A stretch of 64,000 nt of DNA from TPA_inf: Saccharomyces. Taxonomy: Eukaryota. Position 1 is the first letter of the stretch; each line of letters opens with the position of its first letter. Location of the stretch: NCBI GenBank assembly GCA_000146045.2, contig BK006934.2, positions 224,001 through 288,000 of the forward strand. The letters are read 5' to 3'. Of this stretch, positions 47,549-58,680 are shown piece after piece. The notes beneath the pieces were generated by a model. It saw only the letters and a program-made list of their open reading frames with translations, had not been told where the DNA came from and did no database searches. The position numbers and the translations under genes were made by a program.

Positions 47549-48626
47549 CGAGTTTCAAAAAATTGTAAGAAAAAAATATTGCACTAACTTTACGTGTCTT
47601 TTTGTTTTGTATTTGAAATTTCTAAGTTTTTGGAAGTTTTTAATTTTTTTTTTCCTTTTTTATTTTAGGTTAAAGTATAGTGAAAGAATAGTAGGGTTAA
47701 CGGAGAGAAAGAATCCGGTAATATGCAGTCTATAAGGCCTATAAGATTTGATGGCGGGTATGAAGCAGGTTTTTTTTTTTTGGCTTTTTCTTCTAAGAAA
47801 AAATTTATAGAGAAAAGATGTCTTTAATTATAACCTATTCTTTTTTTTTTTGCCAGCTAATACCAGTAAGTTTTGTTTTTTTGCGACACTAGATTGGAAG
47901 AGTAGAATCAGAAAATGAACCTTCTGTAAGTATAAAGAAGTCTTTTTTCTCTTTGATACTACTGTATTCGTGGTGTCCCTTTTCAGAAAACTATAGCTTT
48001 GAGCCTGTATGCTATTTTTCTATTTCCTTCTTTGCAGTTCTTTTTTGAGCAGAGAACAATATCCGGGTCACGTGAAAGTTAGATAAGCATGCAAAGATAG
48101 CCAGAGAGATTTCGAAGTTGAATAAAACAAGGGAATGGGTCACTTGTTATATTCTTTACAGATTGAGAGTGCAGTAATATTCTGCGGACGCCAGTAAGTA
48201 CTGTTTGAGGTTGTATTTTTATAGTAGAGGACACTTGAGACTGTGTAAAATGCGCTCACCAAAAAAAAGGGTCTGTTTGCGATCAACAAACAAATAATAA
48301 GATAAGTTAGGGAAAAGAAAGGTGAACACTGTTGCGGAATGCGTGGACTGCTTGTGTAAAAATGCTAGTAATGAGGGAAGTGTGGACTTGATATGGCCTG
48401 TTGTGGAAGCCTGAGAGTTCTTTCACGTGCTGTGTTCGGCCCGCCTATATAGGGACAAATTGTTAAAAAGATAAATAAATATAATCTGCCTCGGAAGGGG
48501 TTGGGAACGCCCGGCAGTAGCGATGAGGGTAACGGGACGATATTTAGAAGTGAATGCTGAAATAAATGGTGTGAAGGCCTCTTGTATGTCGTCTCATATA
48601 GGGCTAAAACGAAGCCATCGTGCACA

Positions 48627-49616
48627 ATGGTAAGTTCATTCAGTGTTCCCATGCCAGTAAAACGGATATTTGACACATTTCCGTTACAAACATATGCTGC
48701 GCAGACTGACAAGGACGAGGCCGTTGCATTAGAAATACAGCGGAGGTCCTACACATTCACAGAACGCGGTGGTGGAAGCTCTGAGTTGACTGTGGAGGGG
48801 ACGTACAAGCTAGGTGTTTACAACGTTTTTTTGGAGGCAAATACAGGGGCGGCATTGGCCACAGATCCATGGTGTCTGTTTGTTCAGCTTGCGCTGTGTC
48901 AAAAGAATGGTCTAGTCTTACCCACGCACTCGCAGGAACAAACCCCATCGCATACCTGTAACCATGAAATGCTCGTTCTGTCCCGTCTTTCTAACCCCGA
49001 TGAGGCCCTACCTATTCTAGTTGAGGGTTACAAGAAGAGAATTATAAGATCCACCGTGGCAATCAGCGAAATTATGAGGTCTCGGATACTTGATGATGCT
49101 GAGCAGTTGATGTACTATACGTTGCTGGATACCGTGCTGTACGATTGTTGGATCACGCAAATAATTTTCTGTGCCTCAGATGCGCAATTCATGGAATTGT
49201 ACTCTTGCCAGAAGTTAAGTGGTTCGATAGTCACTCCATTGGACGTAGAAAACTCTTTATTACAGAAGTTGTCCGCAAAGAGTTTGAAGATATCCCTAAC
49301 AAAGCGGAACAAGTTCCAGTTCCGCCATCGAGAAATCGTCAAGAGTATGCAAGGAGTTTATCACAACCATCACAACTCCGTTAATCAAGAGCAGGTCTTG
49401 AACGTTTTGTTCGAGAATAGCAAGCAAGTTCTTTTAGGTTTAAAAGATATGTTGAAAAGCGACGGGCAACCCACTTACTTACATCTGAAAATTGCAAGTT
49501 ACATTCTTTGTATAACGAACGTTAAGGAACCCATAAAGCTAAAGACATTTGTTGAAAACGAATGTAAAGAATTGGTCCAGTTTGCACAAGACACCCTGAA
49601 GAACTTCGTTCAGTAA
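48627..49616 (+). CDS. SAM35: SAM complex subunit of the mitochondrial outer membrane, 329 aa
   Basis: Recognised N-terminus MVSSFSVPMPVKRIFDTFPLQTY. The ORF track starts 15 codons upstream. Confidence 0.78.
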   Translation: MVSSFSVPMPVKRIFDTFPLQTYAAQTDKDEAVALEIQRRSYTFTERGGGSSELTVEGTYKLGVYNVFLEANTGAALATDPWCLFVQLALCQKNGLVLPTHSQEQTPSHTCNHEMLVLSRLSNPDEALPILVEGYKKRIIRSTVAISEIMRSRILDDAEQLMYYTLLDTVLYDCWITQIIFCASDAQFMELYSCQKLSGSIVTPLDVENSLLQKLSAKSLKISLTKRNKFQFRHREIVKSMQGVYHNHHNSVNQEQVLNVLFENSKQVLLGLKDMLKSDGQPTYLHLKIASYILCITNVKEPIKLKTFVENECKELVQFAQDTLKNFVQ

Positions 49617-49699
49617 TCACTTTCAAGCTGTAGTATGTAAACGATATAGATGAAGTTTTCGTGTGTATAAATATATGAACTCTAGAGTGTTGCATAATT

Positions 49700-49787
49700 T
49701 GAAACACAGCATTTCTTTTCGGAGAGCTCGTTTCAAAATGAAACAAACGCCGTTGTCCGTTTTCGTCTCAATAGAAAAAGTGAAACA
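49700..49787. promoter_or_regulatory. Cluster of three pheromone response elements (TGAAACA) about 390-470 bp upstream of the STE12 ATG
   Basis: Exact TGAAACA heptamers at 49700-49706, 49739-49745 and 49781-49787, all on the plus strand. Confidence 0.5.
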
Positions 49788-50173
49788 GATAAAAATTGTT
49801 TTAAAAGAAACGAATTTGCAACATCTTAAGATATATCAAAACTAATACAAAACAGCCTAAAAAAGATTGAACAACTCTTCGCGGTCAGGTCTCGACACCA
49901 TAAATCGAAGTACTCGTACGCTAGTTTTCTCGCACATAGTACCACTACGTTCCTTTTACAATTAGATTACTTCTTTTTAGTTGACTTTTTTGAGACGTTC
50001 GTGCCATTCATAAAATAGGAAAAGATAACAGGTAAGCACTGAAGACTTGTTTTATAAGTGTCCCAAGCGAGACCTAGAGTGGATATTGATATTTCTCAAA
50101 CAAGACTCGTCGAAGAAAACACACTTTTATAGCGGAACCGCTTTCTTTATTTGAATTGTCTTGTTCACCAAGG

Positions 50174-52240
50174 ATGAAAGTCCAAATAACCAATAGTAGA
50201 ACAGAGGAAATCTTAAAAGTTCAAGCTAATAATGAAAACGATGAAGTCAGTAAAGCTACTCCGGGCGAAGTTGAAGAATCGCTAAGGTTAATCGGCGATC
50301 TAAAATTCTTTTTAGCCACAGCGCCGGTAAATTGGCAAGAAAACCAAATTATAAGGCGATACTATCTGAATAGTGGACAAGGCTTTGTCTCTTGTGTATT
50401 TTGGAACAATCTATACTATATTACAGGTACTGATATTGTCAAATGTTGTCTTTACAGAATGCAAAAGTTTGGGAGAGAAGTAGTTCAAAAGAAAAAATTT
50501 GAAGAGGGTATTTTTTCAGATTTAAGAAATCTCAAATGTGGTATAGATGCAACTTTAGAACAACCAAAGTCCGAATTTTTGTCGTTTCTATTCAGAAATA
50601 TGTGTCTGAAAACCCAAAAAAAGCAGAAAGTATTTTTTTGGTTCAGTGTAGCACATGATAAGTTGTTTGCGGATGCGTTGGAAAGAGATTTAAAAAGAGA
50701 AAGTTTGAATCAGCCTTCAACGACTAAGCCCGTTAATGAGCCCGCCTTATCTTTTTCATATGATTCCTCATCTGATAAGCCTCTCTACGATCAGTTACTT
50801 CAACATTTAGATTCTAGAAGACCATCTAGTACAACAAAATCAGATAATTCGCCTCCAAAATTAGAAAGCGAGAATTTTAAGGATAATGAGTTGGTAACAG
50901 TAACTAATCAGCCGCTTTTAGGCGTTGGCCTCATGGATGACGATGCGCCAGAATCCCCCTCTCAAATTAATGATTTTATTCCTCAGAAATTGATTATAGA
51001 ACCCAATACTCTCGAATTGAATGGTCTCACAGAAGAAACGCCTCATGACTTACCCAAGAATACCGCTAAGGGCAGAGACGAAGAAGATTTTCCTCTCGAC
51101 TATTTTCCTGTATCTGTTGAATACCCTACGGAGGAAAATGCGTTTGATCCGTTCCCTCCACAGGCTTTTACGCCAGCTGCCCCTTCCATGCCTATTTCCT
51201 ATGATAACGTGAATGAAAGGGATTCTATGCCCGTTAATTCTCTTCTTAATAGATACCCCTATCAGTTATCAGTGGCACCCACTTTCCCAGTGCCACCATC
51301 ATCATCGAGGCAACATTTTATGACAAATCGGGATTTTTATTCATCTAACAATAACAAGGAAAAATTGGTATCTCCTAGCGACCCTACCAGCTACATGAAG
51401 TATGACGAACCAGTTATGGATTTTGATGAATCTCGGCCAAATGAAAACTGTACAAATGCAAAATCTCACAACTCTGGCCAGCAAACTAAACAACACCAAT
51501 TATATTCTAACAACTTCCAGCAATCTTACCCAAACGGAATGGTTCCAGGATACTACCCAAAAATGCCGTATAATCCCATGGGGGGGGATCCTCTACTCGA
51601 TCAAGCCTTTTATGGCGCGGACGATTTTTTCTTTCCACCAGAAGGATGTGATAACAATATGCTGTATCCACAAACTGCAACTTCATGGAATGTTTTGCCC
51701 CCTCAAGCTATGCAACCAGCTCCAACCTATGTTGGGAGACCATACACACCGAATTATAGATCGACACCAGGTTCCGCGATGTTCCCATACATGCAAAGTT
51801 CAAATTCCATGCAGTGGAACACTGCTGTTTCACCTTATAGTTCGAGAGCACCATCTACAACTGCTAAAAACTATCCTCCTAGCACATTTTATTCTCAAAA
51901 TATAAATCAATACCCACGGCGAAGAACTGTGGGAATGAAGTCTTCACAAGGAAATGTTCCAACAGGTAATAAACAATCTGTGGGCAAGTCTGCAAAAATT
52001 TCAAAGCCTCTACATATTAAGACAAGTGCTTATCAGAAGCAATACAAAATCAACTTGGAAACGAAAGCCAGGCCAAGTGCTGGTGACGAAGATTCTGCTC
52101 ATCCTGATAAGAACAAAGAAATTTCGATGCCTACTCCGGATTCCAATACTTTGGTGGTCCAGTCAGAAGAAGGTGGAGCTCATTCACTTGAGGTAGATAC
52201 CAATCGAAGGTCCGATAAAAACCTTCCAGATGCAACCTGA
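50174..52240 (+). CDS. STE12: Pheromone/filamentation-pathway transcription factor with a STE-type DNA-binding domain, 688 aa
   Basis: N-terminus MKVQITNSRTEEILK. The STE homeodomain-like region is LKFFLATAPVNWQENQIIRRYYL. The ORF track begins 6 codons upstream. Confidence 0.9.
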   Translation: MKVQITNSRTEEILKVQANNENDEVSKATPGEVEESLRLIGDLKFFLATAPVNWQENQIIRRYYLNSGQGFVSCVFWNNLYYITGTDIVKCCLYRMQKFGREVVQKKKFEEGIFSDLRNLKCGIDATLEQPKSEFLSFLFRNMCLKTQKKQKVFFWFSVAHDKLFADALERDLKRESLNQPSTTKPVNEPALSFSYDSSSDKPLYDQLLQHLDSRRPSSTTKSDNSPPKLESENFKDNELVTVTNQPLLGVGLMDDDAPESPSQINDFIPQKLIIEPNTLELNGLTEETPHDLPKNTAKGRDEEDFPLDYFPVSVEYPTEENAFDPFPPQAFTPAAPSMPISYDNVNERDSMPVNSLLNRYPYQLSVAPTFPVPPSSSRQHFMTNRDFYSSNNNKEKLVSPSDPTSYMKYDEPVMDFDESRPNENCTNAKSHNSGQQTKQHQLYSNNFQQSYPNGMVPGYYPKMPYNPMGGDPLLDQAFYGADDFFFPPEGCDNNMLYPQTATSWNVLPPQAMQPAPTYVGRPYTPNYRSTPGSAMFPYMQSSNSMQWNTAVSPYSSRAPSTTAKNYPPSTFYSQNINQYPRRRTVGMKSSQGNVPTGNKQSVGKSAKISKPLHIKTSAYQKQYKINLETKARPSAGDEDSAHPDKNKEISMPTPDSNTLVVQSEEGGAHSLEVDTNRRSDKNLPDAT

Positions 52241-52763
52241 TATAATATAATTTTTGAATTTATGATACAAGAATTAAAAATGCGGGCCAGAATTTAATAT
52301 TAAACAATACTCAGAAGAAAACAACAAGGACAATCTGTTTTTATAAATAAAACAATCTTATACAAGACTAGAGCAAACAAAAAGCAAGAAAAAAAGGTAA
52401 TAAATGTAACAAATCTATTAACGTTAGAAAATAACAAAAAAAAAAAAAGAAAAAGATAATATAATATAATACCTTTATATATGTGATTTATCTAGCGTCA
52501 CAGTATGTAATATAAATATCAATGAGTTTCTTAACATGACCTCCAAAACTACATGATCGCTTAGTATTACAATATGTGTTTATCCACTATTTTGATACCA
52601 ACGTAGTATTGCCTTTTATTTTTCAGAATGGCAAAGGCCATCGGAAAATTTTTCCACCAGAAAAAGCGAGATTCCTAATTATAAGGTGAAGGCATCGATG
52701 TTCATAATAGTTAAAAGTTGTAATCAAAAAAGAAAAAGGTGCAGAGATAAACAAAGTTAATAA

Positions 52764-53768
52764 ATGACAAAATCAAGAAAGCAGAAGCAAAAAAAGCAGG
52801 ATTTTTTGAGAAAAAAGTTAAAAGTTGGTAAGCCAAAGGAAAAAGCAAGGAATGCTACCGATACATCTTTCGTTTCCAAGACTATTTCTATTAGAAATCA
52901 ACATTTAGACCAAAATCCACATGATTTAACAAAACGGCTAACGCTCTTAAAGCATCATAACATCAATGTGAGAAAGGAAACATTAACAACATTCCAAAAG
53001 TCAATACCGTCTATAATAAAATCTCGACTTATGACACCATTACTTACTCAAAGTATACCGTTGATTTGCGATGAATCGCAGCAAGTACGTCAGGGACTTA
53101 TTGATCTCGTAGATGAAATAGGTAGTCACGATGCGGAGATTTTAAAATTGCACTGCAACATTTTTGTCTTATACATTAACATGGCAATGACACATATTGT
53201 TACACAAATTCAAGCAGATTCTACTAAATTTCTCTCTCATCTGTTGAAGTATTGCGGAGATGAAGTGGTTAGGAAATCTTGGGTAAAACTTTTGAACGGT
53301 GTCTTTGGAGTGCTCGGTTGGGGACAGGTAGGGAAAAATGATAGCGCTAGCATAGTGCAAACGAAGAAGCGAAACGCCAAATATGTCACTATTCATCTCA
53401 ATGCTCTGTACACTCTTGTTGAATACGGATGTCAGGATGAACGCGCTAGAAGCGACGGAGACACGGCAGAGACTACAGAGGACAGCGGTACGCTACGAAA
53501 CCCATATTTAATCCCAGATTATCCGCAGCCGTTTGAGCACTTGAAACTATTTACCAGAGAATTGAAAGTTCAGGATGCTACCTCCAGTGGAGTAAATGCC
53601 ACACTACTGTCATTGGCAACACAGGATATCGATACTCGAAAAGCGGTATTTATCGAACAATTCCTGCCTATAGTACGTAAGAAAATCGAAGTAATTATCA
53701 AGGAAGGTGGTGAATGTGGTAAAAGTGCAAACAAGCTTAAAACGCTGCTTGCAAAAATCTTTGATTGA
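52764..53768 (+). CDS. IPI1: Rix1-complex pre-60S processing factor, 334 aa
   Basis: Full ORF. Position matches YHR085W. An RRPE-like aaaattttt lies upstream at 52645-52653. Confidence 0.78.
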   Translation: MTKSRKQKQKKQDFLRKKLKVGKPKEKARNATDTSFVSKTISIRNQHLDQNPHDLTKRLTLLKHHNINVRKETLTTFQKSIPSIIKSRLMTPLLTQSIPLICDESQQVRQGLIDLVDEIGSHDAEILKLHCNIFVLYINMAMTHIVTQIQADSTKFLSHLLKYCGDEVVRKSWVKLLNGVFGVLGWGQVGKNDSASIVQTKKRNAKYVTIHLNALYTLVEYGCQDERARSDGDTAETTEDSGTLRNPYLIPDYPQPFEHLKLFTRELKVQDATSSGVNATLLSLATQDIDTRKAVFIEQFLPIVRKKIEVIIKEGGECGKSANKLKTLLAKIFD

Positions 53769-54152
53769 CGTTTCATAAGAATACAATATATAATTGATAG
53801 ATTGTACTTTTTTTTTTGTTACCCTCAGGAGAGGCAGGGCGAAAAATGCAGAATCTTGGATTTTTTTTAAGTAGATCTAAGTTTGTTTATTTTTCAAATA
53901 CTATTGGCACAAAGGGAAGGGCTTTTCAGGGATTATTCAGATTCGAGTTGGTGGTGAAATTGTGTGTGCGTACATCCTTATATCAGAGCTTTCCTTTAGT
54001 GACAACATTTAAATCGACGTGACCTTATTCGGGTAGTCAAACACCGAACCATATTCTTTGCCCTTAGGTTACTTTCCCTTCATTTTATCAGCTTAGTCGA
54101 TTAAGTTCGTGTCTATATCCCGTCAAAAGTTCCTAATACATTGCGGGTACAA

Positions 54153-55724
54153 ATGTCCTATAAACAAACAACATATTATCCTAGCAGGGGTAATCTGGTA
54201 AGAAACGACTCATCTCCGTACACTAATACTATTTCCTCAGAAACCAACAATAGCAGTACAAGCGTATTGAGTCTTCAAGGCGCATCTAACGTGAGTTTAG
54301 GGACCACTGGTAACCAATTGTACATGGGCGACTTGGATCCTACATGGGATAAGAATACCGTTAGGCAAATTTGGGCATCTCTGGGAGAAGCGAATATTAA
54401 TGTCCGGATGATGTGGAATAATACGCTTAATAATGGGTCGAGATCATCAATGGGTCCAAAGAATAATCAAGGATATTGCTTTGTTGATTTTCCCTCATCT
54501 ACTCATGCAGCAAATGCACTTTTAAAGAATGGTATGCTTATACCCAATTTTCCAAATAAAAAATTGAAATTAAACTGGGCTACATCCTCATATTCAAACA
54601 GCAACAATTCTCTTAACAACGTGAAGAGTGGTAACAACTGTTCTATATTTGTTGGAGACTTAGCACCAAATGTTACAGAGTCTCAATTATTTGAACTTTT
54701 CATTAACAGATATGCTTCTACTTCTCATGCCAAAATTGTGCACGACCAGGTTACCGGGATGTCTAAGGGCTACGGTTTTGTAAAGTTTACCAATTCTGAT
54801 GAACAACAGTTAGCTCTGTCAGAAATGCAAGGCGTATTTTTAAATGGTAGAGCCATAAAAGTAGGACCCACATCTGGTCAGCAGCAGCATGTCAGCGGTA
54901 ACAACGATTACAACCGTAGTTCTTCGTCACTAAACAACGAAAATGTAGACTCGAGATTTCTTTCCAAGGGTCAATCATTTTTAAGCAATGGAAATAATAA
55001 CATGGGCTTTAAGAGAAACCATATGTCTCAATTCATTTATCCAGTCCAACAGCAGCCGTCTTTAAACCACTTCACTGATCCGAATAACACCACTGTGTTT
55101 ATCGGAGGATTGTCATCACTGGTGACTGAAGACGAATTACGTGCTTATTTCCAACCTTTTGGCACGATAGTCTATGTCAAAATTCCGGTAGGCAAATGTT
55201 GCGGGTTTGTCCAGTATGTTGATCGGCTATCGGCTGAGGCTGCCATTGCTGGGATGCAAGGGTTCCCCATTGCAAATTCAAGAGTTAGACTGTCTTGGGG
55301 CAGGTCTGCTAAGCAAACAGCGTTGCTTCAGCAAGCCATGTTAAGTAACTCTTTACAGGTTCAACAACAGCAACCAGGTTTACAGCAACCTAACTACGGA
55401 TACATTCCATCCAGTACGTGTGAAGCACCTGTTCTGCCAGATAATAATGTTTCATCCACGATGCTTCCTGGATGTCAAATTCTGAATTATTCTAATCCAT
55501 ACGCTAATGCGAATGGATTAGGCTCGAACAATTTCAGTTTCTACAGTAATAATAATGCTACAAATACGCAAGCTACTAGTTTACTGGCTGACACTAGCTC
55601 TATGGACCTCTCAGGCACGGGTGGCCAACAAGTTATCATGCAAGGAAGCGAAGCGGTTGTTAACAGCACTAATGCAATGTTAAACCGTTTGGAACAAGGC
55701 AGTAATGGTTTTATGTTTGCTTGA
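54153..55724 (+). CDS. NAM8: U1 snRNP RNA-binding protein with three RRMs, 523 aa
   Basis: N-terminus MSYKQTTYYPSRGNL. RNP1-like motifs (KGYGFVKF, CGFVQY). Q/N-rich C-terminus. Confidence 0.85.
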   Translation: MSYKQTTYYPSRGNLVRNDSSPYTNTISSETNNSSTSVLSLQGASNVSLGTTGNQLYMGDLDPTWDKNTVRQIWASLGEANINVRMMWNNTLNNGSRSSMGPKNNQGYCFVDFPSSTHAANALLKNGMLIPNFPNKKLKLNWATSSYSNSNNSLNNVKSGNNCSIFVGDLAPNVTESQLFELFINRYASTSHAKIVHDQVTGMSKGYGFVKFTNSDEQQLALSEMQGVFLNGRAIKVGPTSGQQQHVSGNNDYNRSSSSLNNENVDSRFLSKGQSFLSNGNNNMGFKRNHMSQFIYPVQQQPSLNHFTDPNNTTVFIGGLSSLVTEDELRAYFQPFGTIVYVKIPVGKCCGFVQYVDRLSAEAAIAGMQGFPIANSRVRLSWGRSAKQTALLQQAMLSNSLQVQQQQPGLQQPNYGYIPSSTCEAPVLPDNNVSSTMLPGCQILNYSNPYANANGLGSNNFSFYSNNNATNTQATSLLADTSSMDLSGTGGQQVIMQGSEAVVNSTNAMLNRLEQGSNGFMFA

Positions 55725-56336
55725 GCCACACGTGTATATAAAAATGTTTGTTTTCCTTTTGGCCCTTTTTCTTTCTTGGTATTTTCTTTACTTCAGTGTT
55801 AAATTGTATTTGGTCTTAGGCTGACGGTGATATAACAGCGCTTTATTTTCTTTTTTTCATTGCTTTTTATCGTTTTCAAGATTCCATGTCCTTTTATTAA
55901 GTCTTTTTTGTATCGTTATAGTTGCGTTTTTCCTTTTGATTTTCATTTCTTTCAAGGTTATTGTTATTCTTAATTCAATTCAAGATTGTACGCTTTTAAG
56001 CATGTTTATGATTTTCCTTTATTACTTCCATTTACCTTCTTTCCATCACTACTCATTACGGCCTGTCAATTCCTTTTTTGCGTCACCTTCATTTTTTCTT
56101 CTCTGTTCTTTTCTGTATTTGTCGAAAATTTTATATTGATGTATCTTAATTTTATTTTTAGTATTATTATACTGTAAATGTTTCTTACTGTGTCAAGATT
56201 TCCCGTTGCGCTATCTTCCAAGACTACGTAATGCGTTTGTCTCTCTATTCATGTTGTCTCTGTATAGGGGCACGGCGAATTCCTACTCCGTGTCTCTTCT
56301 CCTATATCTTTACACCAAATTTGGCCCATTTTCATT

Positions 56337-56624
56337 CCCCTTTACGTAGTAGCGGTTTTCGGCCTGCCGGTGCTACGCGTTTCTATAGCTAGTTTCGTTT
56401 TCTCACAAATAAATCCTAGCAGGAGGAAAAGAAAGCGCAGGTTGAAACTCCGTTCAGAAGAAGAAAGCCACTCTTTGAAAATACTGCCCACGCAATTGTC
56501 CCTTTCTGACAATAAGACCCCTTACTACTAGTAAATGTTTTTATTCTCTAAGCTTCTTTTCCTCTAACTTCGACGCTAGAGCAGGCACTACCCTGTTGGG
56601 CCGTACGTAACAACAACGACCCCT
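56337..56624. promoter_or_regulatory. Three STRE cores (CCCCT) upstream of RTC3
   Basis: CCCCT at 56337-56341, 56518-56522 and 56620-56624, all on the plus strand, 200-480 bp upstream of the RTC3 ATG. Confidence 0.4.
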
Positions 56625-56819
56625 TATTTAGTCGAAGGGATCGCCAGAAACAGGGAGCAAAAGATATTTAAGTGATGAGAATCAATTTCGATGATGATCA
56701 CAAGCCAATGTTCTTTAAACTCAATTCTTGACTAATAAAAAAGCAGCTATCAACAAATTCATACTTTGAACAAGCTGATAAAAATAAGAAAACCATCGCA
56801 TACACAAAATAAAATCAAC

Positions 56820-57155
56820 ATGTCTACTGTAACCAAATACTTTTACAAGGGTGAAAATACAGATTTGATTGTCTTCGCTGCATCCGAAGAGCTTGTAGAC
56901 GAATATTTGAAAAATCCATCAATTGGTAAGCTATCTGAAGTTGTCGAACTCTTCGAAGTTTTCACTCCTCAGGACGGTAGGGGTGCCGAGGGTGAGTTGG
57001 GCGCTGCCTCCAAGGCCCAAGTGGAAAATGAGTTCGGTAAGGGCAAGAAGATCGAAGAAGTTATCGATTTGATATTGAGAAATGGTAAGCCAAACTCTAC
57101 CACCTCTAGTCTCAAAACCAAAGGGGGTAACGCCGGAACCAAAGCCTACAATTGA
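56820..57155 (+). CDS. RTC3: Small SBDS-N-domain-like protein, 111 aa
   Basis: N-terminus [20 protein letters not shown]. The ORF track begins 18 codons upstream. Confidence 0.78.
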
Positions 57156-57381
57156 GTAGCTTTTCCTTCTGTCTGGACAGCCTGCATTGAAATATGCAAT
57201 AAGTTAAATTGGCGTGCTGCCCTGTCATAACGCATGCATTCTTCTTTTACAGTAGTAGAAAGAACAAAAAGGTGTATATTTCAATATACATATTTACGAT
57301 CTATATAACGTTGTATACATTTAATTCAGTGCATTTTTCATTTTCGCGTTCGTCACACATGATTATTTATACAAAGGAAAA

Positions 57382-57401
57382 GTAAAATTTTTAGCGATGA
57401 G
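57382..57401. promoter_or_regulatory. RRPE (aaaattttt) directly abutting PAC (GCGATGAG), about 95 bp upstream of RPF1
   Basis: The sequence reads gtaaaatttttaGCGATGAGatg. The PAC element is exact at 57394-57401. Confidence 0.55.
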
Positions 57402-57494
57402 ATGTAAAAAGAAATGCGATGCCATAAGCTATACTTTACGATTGAACACCTAAGGAAGAGGTAAAGCAGGCTTAATATATTGAAATACTAAAAA

Positions 57495-58382
57495 ATGGCT
57501 CTCGGTAATGAGATAAACATCACAAACAAGCTAAAGAGGCAAGAAATTTTTGCTGATATAAAACATGAAAAAAATAAAGAGCGCCATACCATGAGAAGAA
57601 AGAGAGCTAAGGAAGAGAGAGAGAATCCGGAGCTGCGGGAGCAGAGATTAAAAGAGAACGTAACACAGACGATAGAGAACACTAGAGTGTACGATGAGAC
57701 CATTAACAAGGAAGTGGAGGGAGATGAAGACGATTTGATGAGATACTTCAACAGCAATTCTAATGAGCCACCAAAGATCTTTCTGACCACAAATGTAAAC
57801 GCTAAGAAGAGCGCTTATGAATTTGCTAACATTTTAATCGAAATTTTACCAAACGTCACATTTGTGAAAAGAAAATTTGGCTACAAATTGAAGGAAATAT
57901 CTGATATTTGTATAAAAAGGAATTTCACTGACATCGTGATAATCAACGAGGACAAGAAAAAGGTTACTGGCCTAACATTCATACATCTGCCAGAGGGCCC
58001 AACTTTTTATTTTAAATTATCATCATTTGTTGAAGTGAAGAAAATTGTCGGTCATGGTAGACCAACTAGCCATATTCCAGAATTGATTCTAAATAATTTC
58101 CAGACCAGATTGGGTCAAACAGTAGGTAGGTTGTTTCAGTCCATTTTACCTCAGAATCCTGATATTGAAGGTCGACAAGTTATCACCCTACATAATCAAA
58201 GAGATTACATTTTCTTCAGAAGGCATCGGTATGTCTTCAAAGATAATGAAAGGGTTGGTTTGCAAGAACTGGGTCCACAATTTACCCTCAAGTTGAAAAG
58301 ATTGCAAAGGGGTATTAAGGAAGAAACTGAATGGGAGCATAAACCTGAGATGGACAAAGAAAAGAAAAAGTTTTATTTATAG
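57495..58382 (+). CDS. RPF1: Brix-domain 60S biogenesis factor, 295 aa
   Basis: Full ORF with a Brix domain. Position matches YHR088W. Confidence 0.85.
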   Translation: MALGNEINITNKLKRQEIFADIKHEKNKERHTMRRKRAKEERENPELREQRLKENVTQTIENTRVYDETINKEVEGDEDDLMRYFNSNSNEPPKIFLTTNVNAKKSAYEFANILIEILPNVTFVKRKFGYKLKEISDICIKRNFTDIVIINEDKKKVTGLTFIHLPEGPTFYFKLSSFVEVKKIVGHGRPTSHIPELILNNFQTRLGQTVGRLFQSILPQNPDIEGRQVITLHNQRDYIFFRRHRYVFKDNERVGLQELGPQFTLKLKRLQRGIKEETEWEHKPEMDKEKKKFYL

Positions 58383-58680
58383 TGTTCCATTCGTAAACTT
58401 TGTATGGATATAATATTAAGACAACCGTAAGAACCGTGGTCGTTTGTTTAACTACGGCGGCTTCTGGTATTACTGAATTTCTCTTTTTTTCATTTTAAAT
58501 CAATTTATTACAGGTAAATCAATCAAACAAATATATATATATATAGTATACAGAACAAACGGTAATTTCTTTTTTTTTTTTTCGACGTTAGACGTGCTTC
58601 GGCAGATATAGTAAGTTGGAAGAAATGAAGAATTGTGAAAGATAAAGGATGGTTTTTTTTTTTATTTTTTTCTAGCTAGA

